A stretch of DNA of 64,000 nt from assembly GCA_038087875.1 (NCBI GenBank), contig CM075990.1, positions 16,122,001 to 16,186,000 of the forward strand, in the 5' to 3' direction. The translations under genes and the position numbers were made by a program. Below, one piece after another: positions 38,239 to 51,939 of the stretch. The notes under the pieces are model-generated. The model did no database searches, was not told the origin of the DNA, and saw only the letters and a program-made list of their open reading frames with translations. Positions within the stretch are counted from its first letter, which is position 1. Every line of letters starts with the position of its first letter. This stretch comes from Malacoraja senta (Eukaryota).

Positions 38239-38956
38239 TGTGCAGGGATCGATGGTCGGTGCAGACTCGGTGGGCTGAAGGGCCTGTTTCCGCGCTGTAT
38301 CTCTAAACTAAACTAAACTAAATCAAGTCTGAAACAAAAAACAAGTCTGAAGAAGGGTCTCGACCTGAAACGTTGCCTATTTCCTTCGCTCCACCGATGC
38401 TGCCTCACCCGCTGAGTTTCTCCAACATTTTTGTCTACCTTTGATTTTCCAGCATCTGCAGTTCCTTCTTAAACAAATAAACTAAATCAGCATCAGTTTG
38501 TTTTTGCATTCCATCTTGGTTGCGATTTTCAGTTTATGTGTCTTTGTCACATTTGATAAAAAACTCATTGCAAAACCTGCAGATATAAAGTGCAACAAAA
38601 TCCCTGTTTCAGAACAAATTAATGCTCGTGCTTTAACAAGTTAAATAAGGCACTTCATCAGGCCAGGACAGACATTTGCAAATATATTTAGCTCCCTCTG
38701 TTTATAATTCCTCTTGAGTGACTGCTTGAAGCCCTTTTGGATAATGACTCCTTTCACAGGCAACGTATCCACAAATGCAGACCAGAGACGGCAATCAACC
38801 AAGACCCTCGAGCTATCGTTTATATGGATTGTGCAAATTCATTCATGTTGAAGCTTGCATCTGGGCTGACCGTAGTGTTAGGTCAAGAGAATTATTCACA
38901 GCTTGATGTTCCACATACGTCATGAGGAAGTGGATTGATCCCAACAAGGCAGGTCA

Positions 38957-39250
38957 GGGGCGACACAGTGGCGCAGCGGTAGAGCTACTGCCTTACAGCA
39001 CCAGAGACCCGAGTTCGATTCTGACTACGGGCGCTGTCTGTGCGGAGTTTGTACGTTCTCCCTGTGATCACGTGGGTTTGATCTGGGTGCACCAGTTTCC
39101 TCACACATTTCAAAGACATGCAGGTTTGTGGGTTAATTGGTTTCTTTACATTGTCCCGAGAGGTTAGGATAGAACTAGTGTACGGGGTGATCGCTGGACA
39201 GTGCGGTCTTGGTGGGCCAAAGGGCCTGGTTCTACATTCAATCACTAAAC
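38957..39250 (+). mobile_element. V-SINE, near full length
   Basis: gggcgacacagtggcgcagcggtagagc...gagttcgattc...V-domain... Confidence 0.85.
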
Positions 39251-39767
39251 CAAACATGGCAAGTCACATCGAAGCATCGGGGAATACTGGAAGTGGCAGA
39301 GGCTCATAGCAGGCACGTTCAGAGCAATAAAGAAGAATGTTTCTTAATATTATGGCTGCAACCTTGTGAGAGGAGGTGTTTGCTTGTGCGAGGTCCATGA
39401 GATTCGTGAAACGCAGAGTTTGTGGAGTTAAGGCTGCCCCTTGCTTTGTGTAAACGAGCACTGTGTATAACTCAACACAGTAACTAATGCAGAAGAAGGT
39501 TACAGTTTGATCTGTGTACCGTCAGTGAAGTGAAGCTAATTATTGGATTTACCTTTACCTTGCAAATGTGCATCCAACTGTCGGGATTATACTTGAGTAT
39601 GAGATCTGGCAAGTCTATTCTAAGGCAAAACACAGGCACAAATATTTCAGTGAATATTGTACCGGCCCTGGCCGTCAGTCTGACCAGTGTTGGAAACTTA
39701 ATGTTACTTCACACAAACTTGCGGAAGTCTTTGTTCAACCTTTGCTTCTCTCTCGGCTGCCGGGGGC

Positions 39768-40662
39768 GCACACGCACACGCACACGCACAAATACATACA
39801 CACACACAAATACATGCACACACACAAATACACGCACACGCACAAATACATGCACACACACAAATACACGCACACGCACAAATACATACACACACACAAA
39901 TACACGCACACGCACAAATACATACACACACACAAATACATGCACACACACAAATACACGCACACGCACAAATACACACACACACACAAATACATACACA
40001 CACACAAATACATACACACACACAAATACACGCACACGCACAAATACATGCACACACACAAATACATACACACACACAAATACATACACACACACAAATA
40101 CATACACACACACAAATACATACACACGCACAAATACATACACACACACAAATACATGCACACACACAAATACACGCACACGCACAAATACACACACACA
40201 CACAAATACATACACACACACAAATACATACACACACACACACACAAATACACACGCACGCACACACAAATACATACACACGCACAAATACATACACGCA
40301 CACAAATACACGCACACGCACAAATACATACACACACACAAATACATGCACACACACAAATACATACACACACACAAATACATACACACACACAAATACA
40401 TACACACACACAAATACAGACGCACACGCACACAAATACATACACACACACACACACACACAAATACACACGCACGCACACACAAATACATACACACACA
40501 CAAATACACATACATACACATACAGACACACACGTACAAACACACACACACACACATACACACACACACACACACACACGAATACACACGCACGCACACA
40601 CACAAATACACATACATACACATACAGACACACACGTACAAACACACACACACACACACACA
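39768..40662. repeat. About 0.9-kb CA-derived minisatellite, 18-bp unit caaatacayrcacacrca
   Basis: Period of 18 nt is visible as (HKYIHT)n in translation; decays into (CA)n. Confidence 0.97.
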
Positions 40663-42190
40663 CTCACATGACCTGCTATCATCCATTGTTGACTGTATTC
40701 ATGTAGCGTTTTCTTTGACTGGACAGCACCCACAGGCACACACATGAACACACAGATGACTGACCTGCTATCATTCATTCTTGATTGTATTCATGTATAG
40801 TCTTTTCTTTGACTGGATAGCACATAAACTTTTGACAGTATACTTGGTGCTTCCAGAATAGAATGGTACACGTGGCACTGTACATGTGATAATAATAAAC
40901 TAAACACACACACACACACACTCACACTCACTCACTCTCACACAGAGGGACTTTACGTTGTTTCAGCTGTGTCAAGCGATGACCAAACTATCTGTTATAT
41001 TAGATTCTTTGAAGCTTTCACCAGTGAGTTTTCCATTAAGTGAAATACAATATTCCCTGAGGCCACCAAACAAAAATAAAACATTGTCCTGGGAGAACAC
41101 AATATCATTTAGTGAAGTTATTAAAGGTATGAATGTTCTCCAAGTAACCAGGTAATCGTGTTGGCTACCTGTTCTTTAGTAGTTGTTCTATAGAGAATGT
41201 GGATGCTTCTTTTCCCAGTTAAATACTGGAATAGTGAACCAGTTATCTTTGTTTCTCATAACAAGTGTCATCAGTCTGAAATTGCCTGAGGTCAATTTTG
41301 AGGCAAAATGAAGGATTAGGTCATAACGCGATTGCATCACTAAGACCACTGATTCTCATCTCTCTCTTGTTTTGATTGAAAGATACAGCATGGAAACAGG
41401 CCCTTTGGCCCACTGTGTCCATGCTGACCATCGACCACCCGTTCACACCAGTTCTATGTTATCCTATTTTTTCATTCGCTCGCAACACACTAAGGCAATT
41501 TTACAGAACCCAATTAACCCACAAACCTGCACAGATCTATCAGATCTCCCCTTAGATGCTTAAAAAAAATCCATGTTTGTTCAACTTCTCCCTGTAGCTA
41601 ATACTCTCTAAAGCAAGCAGCATTCTGGTAAAGCTTTTCTGCGCCCTCTCCAAAGCCTCCACATCCGACCTGTAGTGACGTGACACATTACTCCGAATGC
41701 AGCCGAACAAAGGTTCGACAAAGCTGCAGCATGAGATGAAATCCACTGAGCAAGTAAAGGGAACAATTAATATGTACATAGCTTTATGGACAATAAACTG
41801 ATACAATGTTGGACGTCTCATTGAATAGATCAATTTTTAATTAAAAACACTCCGCCAGACATATAATCCTGAAACGTATCTACCACACCTCAACTCAAAG
41901 AATGGAATTTGGATCTGCTGTTTCTTTATTGAACTCAGTTATAATCCAGCATTTCCACTGTGTATCTTCTGATAATCTTGCATCAGTAGAAAGGTACAGA
42001 TGGCTGTGAAGTTCAGATGGTGCATTGGGAAAGAGATGATATTAAATGTCAAAAAAGGTTAAACATATTAGTAGCACACAAATTTATCCCATAAGTGTAT
42101 CATCTATACCCAATTATAGATTAACTGGGGAATGGACTATATTGAAATACAGTGGCAATGATGGTGAGAATGTTTTTTTCTTCCCCACAG

Positions 42191-42342
42191 TATACTTGGT
42201 GCTTTCAGAACAGGATGGTACATGTGGCACGTCCTTTACACCAGTGGCTTCAAGCAATCTGTGTGCGACCAAAGCTTCTACAATGGACCTGTCAGCAAAT
42301 TCTGGGCATATGCATTTGTCTTGAGCAAAGCACCAGAACTAG
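42191..42342 (+). CDS. elovl6l: ELOVL6-like elongase, internal coding exon
   Basis: Flanked by ttcttccccacAG and GTgaga; 152 nt; [50 protein letters not shown](G); contains the start of the ELO KxxExxDT motif. Confidence 0.95.
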
Positions 42343-42996
42343 GTGAGATAAAGAACGTCACAAGACTCTTTCATTTGCAACACGTTTATTCCAATTTTGA
42401 ACATTTGAAGTTGTGTCCTGTCAGAATTGTCCTCCCATTCTGTGCAGCTCAAACCTCCCTCTTGGCATGCAAGAATGAACAAATTACACTTGATTAGATA
42501 CCGAAGATAGACACAAAAAGCTGGAGTAACTCAGCGGGTCAGACAGCATCTCTGGAGAAAAGGAATATGTGATGCTGAGTTGCTTTAGCTTTTTGTGTCT
42601 ACCTTCGGTTGAAACCAGCATCTGCAATTCCTTCCAACATACTTGATTAGATACCTCTGGGCTTAGGTTGTAGTCAAAGATTATACCTCTCTTCTGACCT
42701 CTCTAAGCAAGCTTGGTCTTTTTTAAAATAAAAATAACCTCCCTCAACAGTACAGCCTGTTTTCAATCTGCAGTCTGAGGGATAAGGTCCATTGGGATAA
42801 ATCCTGGGATAATCCCATCTTCCCTCCCCCAATTTTGCTGTTCTGTAAGGAACTGAATTTGGTATTGGATTACTTATTTTAAAGGTGAGAACAGCCTTGA
42901 ATTTACAGTGTTGCACCATTTTCCTTTGCAATTAATGCAAAAGCATTAGCCTGAGATTTTTGATAAAAAGCTGCCAAAGACTATTATTAAGCCAAC

Positions 42997-43761
42997 TAAG
43001 GAAACACTTTTTCACACAGAGTGTTGTGAATCTGTGGAATTCTCTGCCTCAGAAGGCAGTGGAGGCCAATTCTCTGGAGGCTTTCAAGAGAGAGTTAGAT
43101 AGATCTCTTAAAGATAGAGGAGTGATGGGATATGGGGAGAAGGCAGGAACGGGGTACTGATTGTGGATGATCGGCCATGATCACAGTGAATGGCAGTGCT
43201 GGCTCGAAGGGCCGAATGGCCTACTCCTGCACCTATTGTCTATTAAAGTACGATAAATTGGACTGGGTGCATTAAAGCATGGAGTACACAAGCCAGGCTG
43301 TGAGCAAAATGAACATTCTGCTTCTGTCCTCACCCGCTGAGATTCTCCAACATTTATGTCTACCTTCTGCTTCTGTCTGCTGAGTTTAGATGAGGGGGGA
43401 CCTTACCGAAAGAGTGAATGTGGAGAGGATGTTTCCACTAGTGGGAGAGTCTAGGACCAGAGGGCATAGCCTCAGAATAAAAGGGATGTACCTTTAGAAA
43501 GGAGATGAGAAGGAATGTCTTTAGTCAGAGGGTGGTGAATCTGTGGAATTCATTGCCACAGATGGCAGTGGAGGCCAAGTCAATGGATATGTTTAAGGAA
43601 GAGATTGACAGATTCTTGATTACTAAGGGTGTCAGGGGTTATGGGGCGTAGGCAGGAGAATGGGGTTGAGAGGGAAAGATAGATCAGCCATGATTGAATT
43701 ACGGAGTAGACTTGATGGGCCGAATGGCTGAATTCTGCTCCTCGAACTTATGACCTTATGA
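42997..43761 (+). mobile_element. Two CR1-type LINE 3' fragments in the last elongase intron
   Basis: FFTQSVVNLWNSLPQKAVEA...; second copy gagtttag...RVVNLWNSLPQ, tail ends about 35 nt before the acceptor. Confidence 0.85.
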
Positions 43762-43795
43762 GATTTGCTGAAATGTCTGATGCCTTCTATTGCAG

Positions 43796-44208
43796 GTGAC
43801 ACAATATTCATTGTGCTACGGAAGCAGAAGCTGATATTCCTGCACTGGTATCACCACATTACGGTGTTGCTCTACTCCTGGTACTCCTACAAAGATATGG
43901 TGGCAGGAGGTGGCTGGTTCATGACTATGAATTACGGTGTCCACGCCTTCATGTACTCGTACTACACGCTCCGCGCGGCTGGCTTCCATGTGCCACGCCG
44001 GTTTGCCATGCTTATCACCCTCACCCAGATCATGCAGATGGTAATGGTCAACGTGCTGATTTACATGTGGATGGAAGAGGGCCTGTGCCCTACTTTCTTT
44101 GAAAATATCATCTTGTCCTCCATTATGTATTTTAGCTACTTCCTCCTCTTTTGCTGCTTCTTCTACGAAACTTACTTGAGTAGAAAGAAGCGTTTAAAGG
44201 CCGAATAA
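43796..44208 (+). CDS. elovl6l: ELOVL6-like elongase, last coding exon
   Basis: Acceptor ccttctattgc[58 protein letters not shown]...KKRLKAE*. Shows the HxxHH box, NxxxHxxMYxYY and TxxQxxQ motifs and a basic ER-retrieval-like tail; TAA at 44206-44208. Confidence 0.97.
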
Positions 44209-45960
44209 GCTCAAGACCGGGAATGGAATCAATGGAATAGTGTCAGGCATGGATGCTGTTAAGATTTTCGTCCAAACGGTTTAAGGTGACTTGACACCAG
44301 CTGTGGATTGACGTAGATTTTGATAGGATCACACTCTTCCATGATCATGTTCCACACTGCTCTCTCCATTAGATGGTGTTGGCTGGCACCATGTGCTCCT
44401 GGATACCACGGATGGTATCCCACAATGTTTGAGACCAGAACCCTGTCCTTTCCTTGTTTTCGAATAAGCCATGTGATGTTGAACCAGAATAGAGAGCGGT
44501 AAAGTGGAGGTGAATGGGACCATGCCCGTAGTGCATGCCAAAGAGCTCAGCCATGGTTGTGGAGTGTTGGGTTGGAGGTTCTGTAAGAAGTCGTGGTTGT
44601 TTGACCTGTCTGAGCTTCCCCCTGCGTTATACTGCAGTAAGAACACAAGGACAAAGGACAGAGGCTATTGGAAGTATATCACATGTAATACTAATTCAAC
44701 ACAAAGTTACTTTTGAGCCTTTTACTGGGTTTGATTCACGGCAGTCCAGCTCGTACAAAACTTGCTGAACAGTGCGTGGAGCAGGCTTCGAGGGTTACAA
44801 CACCTCACATTCTCCCTAGACGTAGAGACGCCATTAGTGTTTGGATTTAACACTAGTGTTTGTCCTATTGACTGCACATATCTTCAGGAGGTAACAAAGT
44901 TAGTACTTGGTAAGTTGATCATTTTACCAGAATCTAGATGACCTAGCCATGGAGGTATTTATTCTATTTATACAAGCAAAAGGTACAAGGTAGTTCTTCC
45001 TTTGTCATGTACACTGTTGCCACTAATGACTAGGTTTTTAACATAATATTTCAAGGAACCAAATCCCATTATATACAGCTGCACCTTGATTATTAAATAG
45101 TAAGCTTTTTAAATTAACAGTGATGGCAGTGGGATAGAAAGTAGTTAAATAGATGTTTTTATTTTAATAGCTAGACTTTATTGAATTTTAATGAAATTGC
45201 TGCTAGCAGTGATTGTTAGCAGTATTAGAACAGAAATGCTTAGCACATTCCTTCGTCCAGCTTTTTTCTGGAGAAAGTTAACCAAATTGAAATAAATGAA
45301 CAAAGTTCCATCAAAACTGTAGGATGGAAAATTATTTGAAAGCACGGAGTCAGCAGATATATCATATATCACCAACAATAATTTGTAAACTTCAGTATGG
45401 CACAGTCAACATGTATATTAAAAAACATTAAATTGTCATCTTCCAGTGTAAACAAAATCCTTTGGTTTGCCAACGCCATTCTTAATATATTTTAATGTTA
45501 ATCACAACACACTGTTCTCTTATTATGAGGGTCAATTATTTTATAGTTATTGAACTTGGTGTCTCAGTTTAGTTTTGGTAATACATTTTTGTGCTTCTTC
45601 GACAAGTTTGTTAAATGTGTACTTTGTTCTAAATCATTACCTGTGCAATGCCGAACTCCTGGTTTGTTGAAGGTTCGTTTAGATTGGGGAATCATCAGAA
45701 AAGACAACAAAAGATTGTTATTCCTATTGGGATATTCTGTGGCTCATGAAGGATGAGATGCATGGATCTTACCATGTCCTCTAGTGCCCTAACACCCTGC
45801 TCAGTACCGGGGTGCTGAAGGGGAGCTCGGCTTTACTGGGTGGTGTAGAAGCTAGCTCTGTCAAGCGAGAACCAGCGACCGAGAGGAAAAAACAGTGGTG
45901 GAGCAACTTAGTGTTTCAGACAGCATTTGAGGAAGAGACAACATTTCGGGTTGCATCAGT

Positions 45961-45988
45961 CTGAAGAAGGGTTCCAACCCGAAACGTC
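45961..45988 (+). ncRNA. Minimal hammerhead ribozyme core (representative Penelope-associated copy)
   Basis: CUGAAGA-A-GGGUU-CC-AACCC-GAAAC-GUC: both conserved boxes, stem II, and a GUC triplet; stem I support is weak. Confidence 0.6.
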
Positions 45989-48900
45989 ATCTGTCCATAT
46001 CCCTCACCGATGATTCCTGACCCGTTGAGTTCCTCCAGCACTTTGTTTTTGGCTCAAGATTCCAGCTTCTGCGGTCTCTCGTGTCTCGATTGCCACAGAT
46101 GGCTGTGTTGGCCAGGTCAGTGGATACTTTTAAGGCAGAGATTGATAGATTCTTGGTTAGTACGGGACTCGGGGGTCACGGGGAGAAGGCAGGAGAATGG
46201 GGTTTGGAGGGAGAGATATATCAGCCATGATTGAATGGCTGAGTAGATTTGATGGGCCGAATGGCCTAATTCTGCTCCTATCACTGATGAACTTATGATT
46301 GCCGCTCTCAACTGAGACTGGGAGATGATAGTACGTCTCCCAACTCAGGCATTGTTGTCCATTGCACAAAATGCAGTTTGAATTCAGCTTCACACTCTCA
46401 AGATTTCCACCAGACCAGGTTCAAGCAGAGATGTAACTACAGCACTTTAACAAAAGAGCTTTTATTAAAAACCAACAAGAGTGGGGGGGGGGGGGGGGGG
46501 GGGGGGGAAGCACACACAATCCTACTGGAATTTACTGCAAACCTGTCCTTTGTACTCTATAAGCCTGAAACAGTTGCAGACTTTACAGGTTATTAATAGG
46601 AATGCTAATAGTTGGATAGTGTTGGGCCCTTTCCCCAACTCCCTACCCCCTTCAACACAAGCACTAACTCTCTGGGCCTTTTAGTAATCCTGCTGTTACT
46701 TCAGTTGTGCCACTATGAGTTCAGAAAAGACCTCTTGTCTAACTTTGTGAGTAGTTAGTTAGTTAGTTTGAATAGCTTTCCATCACCTTTTGAGTCTACG
46801 AATAGTGAAATGTGGGAGTTTTAATTGCTATGAATTACTTTCATTGAGAAAGGATTGATTAGTTGTTTGAAGTAATGAGCAAGGGAACAATGACTGGATG
46901 TAGTTAAAATTGTGTAACTGTTTGTGTGTCTGGGACTGTGTGAATAAAGGAATTTACATTCTCAGACAACAGTGAGGGAATGAAGAATATAAAAAAATAG
47001 AATGTGCGTAGAATAATTTTTCAATGTAAATAAAGGCGATAAATATTTGCACCTGGAATCCTAAAAATTGTCTATGGTTCACTGTAATCACCTGAGCTTT
47101 AGATCATTTTTAGTAGCTGCTGATGCACTGAATAATTACAGGAAGGTTGAAGAGATTCAATTAAACCCAAGAATAAAAACATGAAATGTCAGAAATGTTC
47201 AGTAAAACAGGCAACATCTGTTGAGCAAGCATAATTCAATGCTCTGGTTCAGTGATGCTTAGAAAACAGTTCTGGTGCAAGACAGAATCATTTACCTTGT
47301 TTCTCTTTCCACAGATACCGCCTGATCTGATGAGTGTTTCTGTCATTTTCTGTTCCTGTTTTAAATTCCCAGCAAGTACAGTTTTTTGCTCTGACGCATA
47401 CATATGTGCATTTAATATTTGACGGTATTTTAGGTTCCTTCCTGGGGTAGTATTTCTTTATGTTCAAGTGGAAAAAAAGCTTTAAAAACGTGTTTATTTT
47501 TACATTAAAAAAAAAAAGAAAACTGAAAAAAAAGCTTTGATACTGAGCTGCCAGATTTTATTTTGTTTTTAGCAGGGCAGTTGGAGCGTTTAACCTGAAC
47601 GGTTTTAATGTTCTCCCATCTCATTATGTCCTATCATGTGTCCATTGCTAAGCCCTTTTGTTTTAAGAAGAAAGGCATTAGTTTCATTATTCTTTCTGCT
47701 CTGAAGATGTGGATTTCTGTTTCCTCAGCTCCAATTATTGTCTTGGGACCTGAGCAGTAACAGGAAGATGGGAAAGCAGAACTTGTCGTCTAATTCCACC
47801 GAGACTACAGGTGTACTTTGTCCAAGGCAGGTGGTTTGCAGTGCAGTTAATTTGTTCCTTCATGGGATGTTGTCGGGATGTGGTAAGGTCAGCATTTTTA
47901 TTATCCACTGAAGATAGACACAAGAAGCTGGAGTAACTCAGTGGGTTAGGCAGCGCATATTATCCACCTGCTCGATCACTCATCTGACTGCTTCTTTCGG
48001 CCCCTCACATTGAGTCTACCACATTGATGGGTTGATTGGGTCAGTATCGTTTGTGCTAAAGTGACTGAGTAAGTAGGCACATTCTCTTAAATAATTGTAC
48101 AGTAACAACATAGCATATCAGGTCATATGTACAGGTAGAGAGGGGGTGGAAAGAAAGTTCTCTAGAGTATTTGAATGGAAACATGGCGATCCATGTATAA
48201 GCCAACCTGGACAAGGACAACAGTTTTTCCTCACTTAAGTAGATTAATGAACCAGATGAGGTTTTTATGGTAATATGGGAGATTCAATATCACTGTTACT
48301 GCCACCAACTTCATCTTTAATAAGGTATTTTAATTATCCTTATTCCATGGCTGATGTTGTAGGATTTGAACGTGTGTCTACAAGCCAGTTGTCCAATCCT
48401 CCCCAGTAACTTTTGTGTCACCATAAGCAGGAGGTGTATGTAGATACTGCTAAAGGGAGGAGGATATTTTAATCCAACACATTGTTTCAAGTTAAATCCC
48501 CAAGACGTTAAACCAGTGAAGAAGGCACGTTCAGACAAAGCACATTCAAAATGGTTCACATCAAGAATAACTTGTCTGTCAGGTAGTGGAGACTGAAAGT
48601 CTTTCAGGATATCATGAGCAAAAGAATTTAGTGTCATTTTAGTTTAAAATCTTTTTAATGCAAGGATAGAGTGGATAAATATAATAATTTCGACAGGCAG
48701 TATATATTGAAGTGTTTGATTCAATGTGTTTTATAAACTGCACAGACTTGGAAATTAATTCACTTACTGGATTCAGAAGTTGAATAGTAATGCAACCAGA
48801 AAGCAGGTTTACAATTATATTTTTTCTGTAGCCTCATTAGGAGCCGTCACAATAACAATTAAAAGTTAAAACATCAGGTATTTTAATTGTATCGTTGTAT

Positions 48901-49994
48901 AAGATCAACTTAATTTTATATATCTTTATCATTTTAAGGGAGGATTATTATTTGAAATGCTTTCTGGAAATTCAGTAACTATTGGATATGAATGCATTAA
49001 ATACCAATTTACTAATATTTGCACATGACAGTTTTGAGGTCAGTAATCTGAGATTACATTTAATGGCAGCAAAGATTAATGTTACAATAGGTTTAGAAGA
49101 TAGCGAGTTAGATAAAATGTACATGGAGATAGCAGTTGTTTCAGTCAGTAGAGTTAGTGCTAAAGTGACGACATAAATAGGTACAATCTAGTAAATAATT
49201 GTACAGTAACAACACAGCATATCAGCTCATATGTACAGGTGGAGAGAAGGACAGAAAGGATGCTCTCGTGTGTATTTGAATGGAGACACGAGGGTGCTGG
49301 GTTCTGACTCCAGTGAAGAGTGTCCTGGATCTTGCTTGGGCCTGTTGACTCCACTGCTGAGACTATTAGTCATCATGTCATACAGCATGGAAACAGACCC
49401 TTCGGCCTAACTGTGTAGGAAAGAACTGCAGATGCTGGTTGAAGAAGGGACTCGACCCGAAACGTCACCCATTCCTTCTCCCCAGAGATGCTGCCTGTCC
49501 CGCTGAGTTACTCCAGCATTTTGTGTCTATCTTCAGCCCAATTCACCCATGCCGACCAAGATGTCTCACCTGAGCTAGTTCCATTTGGCCCAGATCCATC
49601 TAAACCTTTCCTATCCATGCACCTGCCCAGGCGTCTATCATAGTACCTGCGTCAAAAACCTCCTCTGAGTGAGGCTGTGTAGTTAGTTATACCTACTTTA
49701 TTTCCAGCAGTCACGTTTAGACAGCATGGACTGGATGAGAGGTGTTGCTTAGATGTGGAACTTCTATGAAACTACAAAGCCAGGTCAGGGATAAATGCTC
49801 CTGATGGAACAGTTAATAAAGCCAGTTAAACACCAAACTGACATTGTGCAAAATCTAGTGTCCTCATTCTCCCCCCCAGATTCAGTGAGATGTGACCTAG
49901 TTTGTCATGGTGATTGTGTTGTGTGTGTGATCTCCTGGTCCCTGCTCCCCCAGAGTGCATGCTGATCTACAAAAGCTTGAACATATGACATTAC

Positions 49995-50392
49995 TGGGCC
50001 TCTACTCGCTGGAGTTTAGAAGGTTGAGGGGGGACTACATTGAAACTTACTGAATAGTGAACGGCCTGGATAGAGTGGATGTGGAGAGGATGTTTCCGCT
50101 AGTGGGAGAGTCTAGGACCAGAGGTCATAGCCTCAGAATTAAAGGATGTTCATTTATGAAGGAGATGAGGAGGAATTTCTTTAGTCCGAGGGTGGAGAAT
50201 CTGTGGAGGCCAATAGATATTTTTAAGGCATAGATCGATAGATTCTTGATTAATACGGGTGTCAGAGGTTATGGGGAGAAGACAGGAGCATAGGGTTAGG
50301 AGGGAGAGATAGATCAGCTATGATTGAATGGCAGAATAGACTTGATGGGCCGAATGGCCTAATTCTGGTCCTATCACTGATGAATTTATGAA
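49995..50392 (+). mobile_element. CR1-type LINE 3' fragment
   Basis: ctgggcctctactcgctggagtttagaagg...gggccgaatggcctaattctg. Confidence 0.85.
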
Positions 50393-51939
50393 ACGTGATC
50401 AGGTTCCATAGTTGCTGGTTTGGGTGGGAGGTTGGAATAAGGATGTGTAGCCACATCACTCAGTTCACACACAGTAATGCACTCCAGTCAGGCTACAAGT
50501 GGGGGGGGGGACACTCGGTCATTGGGGGGGGCCATTTTGATCCATTACTGCAGAAAGTGTCGAGAGTAAAATCTGGTCATGACTAATGCAAGGGGTTCAC
50601 TGCATCTCAAACGCCATTAACCCTTCTCAGATGCACTGAATAACCCCAGCACTTCCCAGGTCCCCAGTAACAGGGTTGTCCACATGTATGAGGCCTGGAC
50701 TTCCTGAAGCTGGGAGGCACAGCAAGGGTTGGAACGACATTGGGTTGGTGATTGGTGCCGCTTTCTGAAGTAAGATTAGCCTCAGAGCTGCTAGCTGGCC
50801 CATATTTTCAATGTGAATGAACATGGAACAGAAAAAGAGGCATTGCCACAGATCGAACTGAGGGTTGCAATGAAATGCAATTGCTACAAGCACTAGACAG
50901 CCAATATCTCTGAAAATGAGAAGCTATCACCTCATGCCAAATCACACATTTTGTTTACTTCTATGAAATATATATATAGGGCAGAAATTCACCAGGTTGC
51001 TAGCATCATATATGCAGGTTAGAAATGCCTATGTATTAGATTCTGCTTCCAAAAAATTGGTGCATTAAAATAGGTGTTTCTCATGTTGGAAGCAGAGTGT
51101 CACTCACAGACACAGCCACATCTCTATCCCAATCACTTCATTGCTGATTGCATTTATAAGTGATTATAATAATGCTTCTTGTATGTTACTTCACTGACTG
51201 TGGGGTTTTAGCCAATTCTGAATTTATACTTGAGTTTGTTACCCTTGGAATATGAAAGCCATAAATTGATCCAGCTTTATTGAGTGTTTATTAGTTGAGT
51301 AGATTCATTGCCACCAAGGCAAGAATTGTTTATTCATATTTCAGGATCTGGCATTGTTGTCAAGAGCAGCAACTCTTGTCCAGTGCTCAGTGACCATGAA
51401 TGCAGTGGCTTGCTTGCCCATTCCAGAGGGCATTTAGTAGGCAATACCCTGGTGTTAACATTACAGGCCTGACCAGGCAGATTCCTTCCCTTGAGGGACA
51501 TGCAGTTCTGTGGTCATCAGTACTAATGGCGAGTGCTTTAAATTCCAGTTTAGTCGCAGCTGCCAGAGAGGGAGTTACTCGGGTTTTTGTGATGTTAGTC
51601 CAGCCGTGAGTATTACAGGTCAGGGACCTTCACTGCGGCTGCAAAACATTAAATAGAGGTTTTTAATTGGGTTGGAGAAAGAAGACAAGGAGAAGATGTT
51701 TCCCTTTGCAGATTAGATCAGAACTAGGGATGAGAGGTCGAAAATGTACAACTTAATCAGGGAGAAATCATTTGACTCCAAAGAGTATTCAAACCATGAA
51801 GCTTACCAGCACAAGGAGTGGTATTTTAAGAAGGAAGATAAATTTGTGATGGAGCAAGAAATATGCTGGTGTTGTGTGAAGTGAGCCAAATGCACATATG
51901 GACAGGCGGCAGCACAGATCAGGTATACTCTGCTTCTAA

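Noticed and set aside
39530..40778. Long ORFs of 319-405 aa on both strands
   Set aside because: Translations of the 18-bp CA-rich minisatellite, which lacks stop codons.
46483..46507. Poly-G runs here and near 14083, 15882, 18602, 60450, 61674 as functional G-quadruplexes
   Set aside because: Simple homopolymers, often at repeat junctions, with unreliable lengths and no evidence of function.
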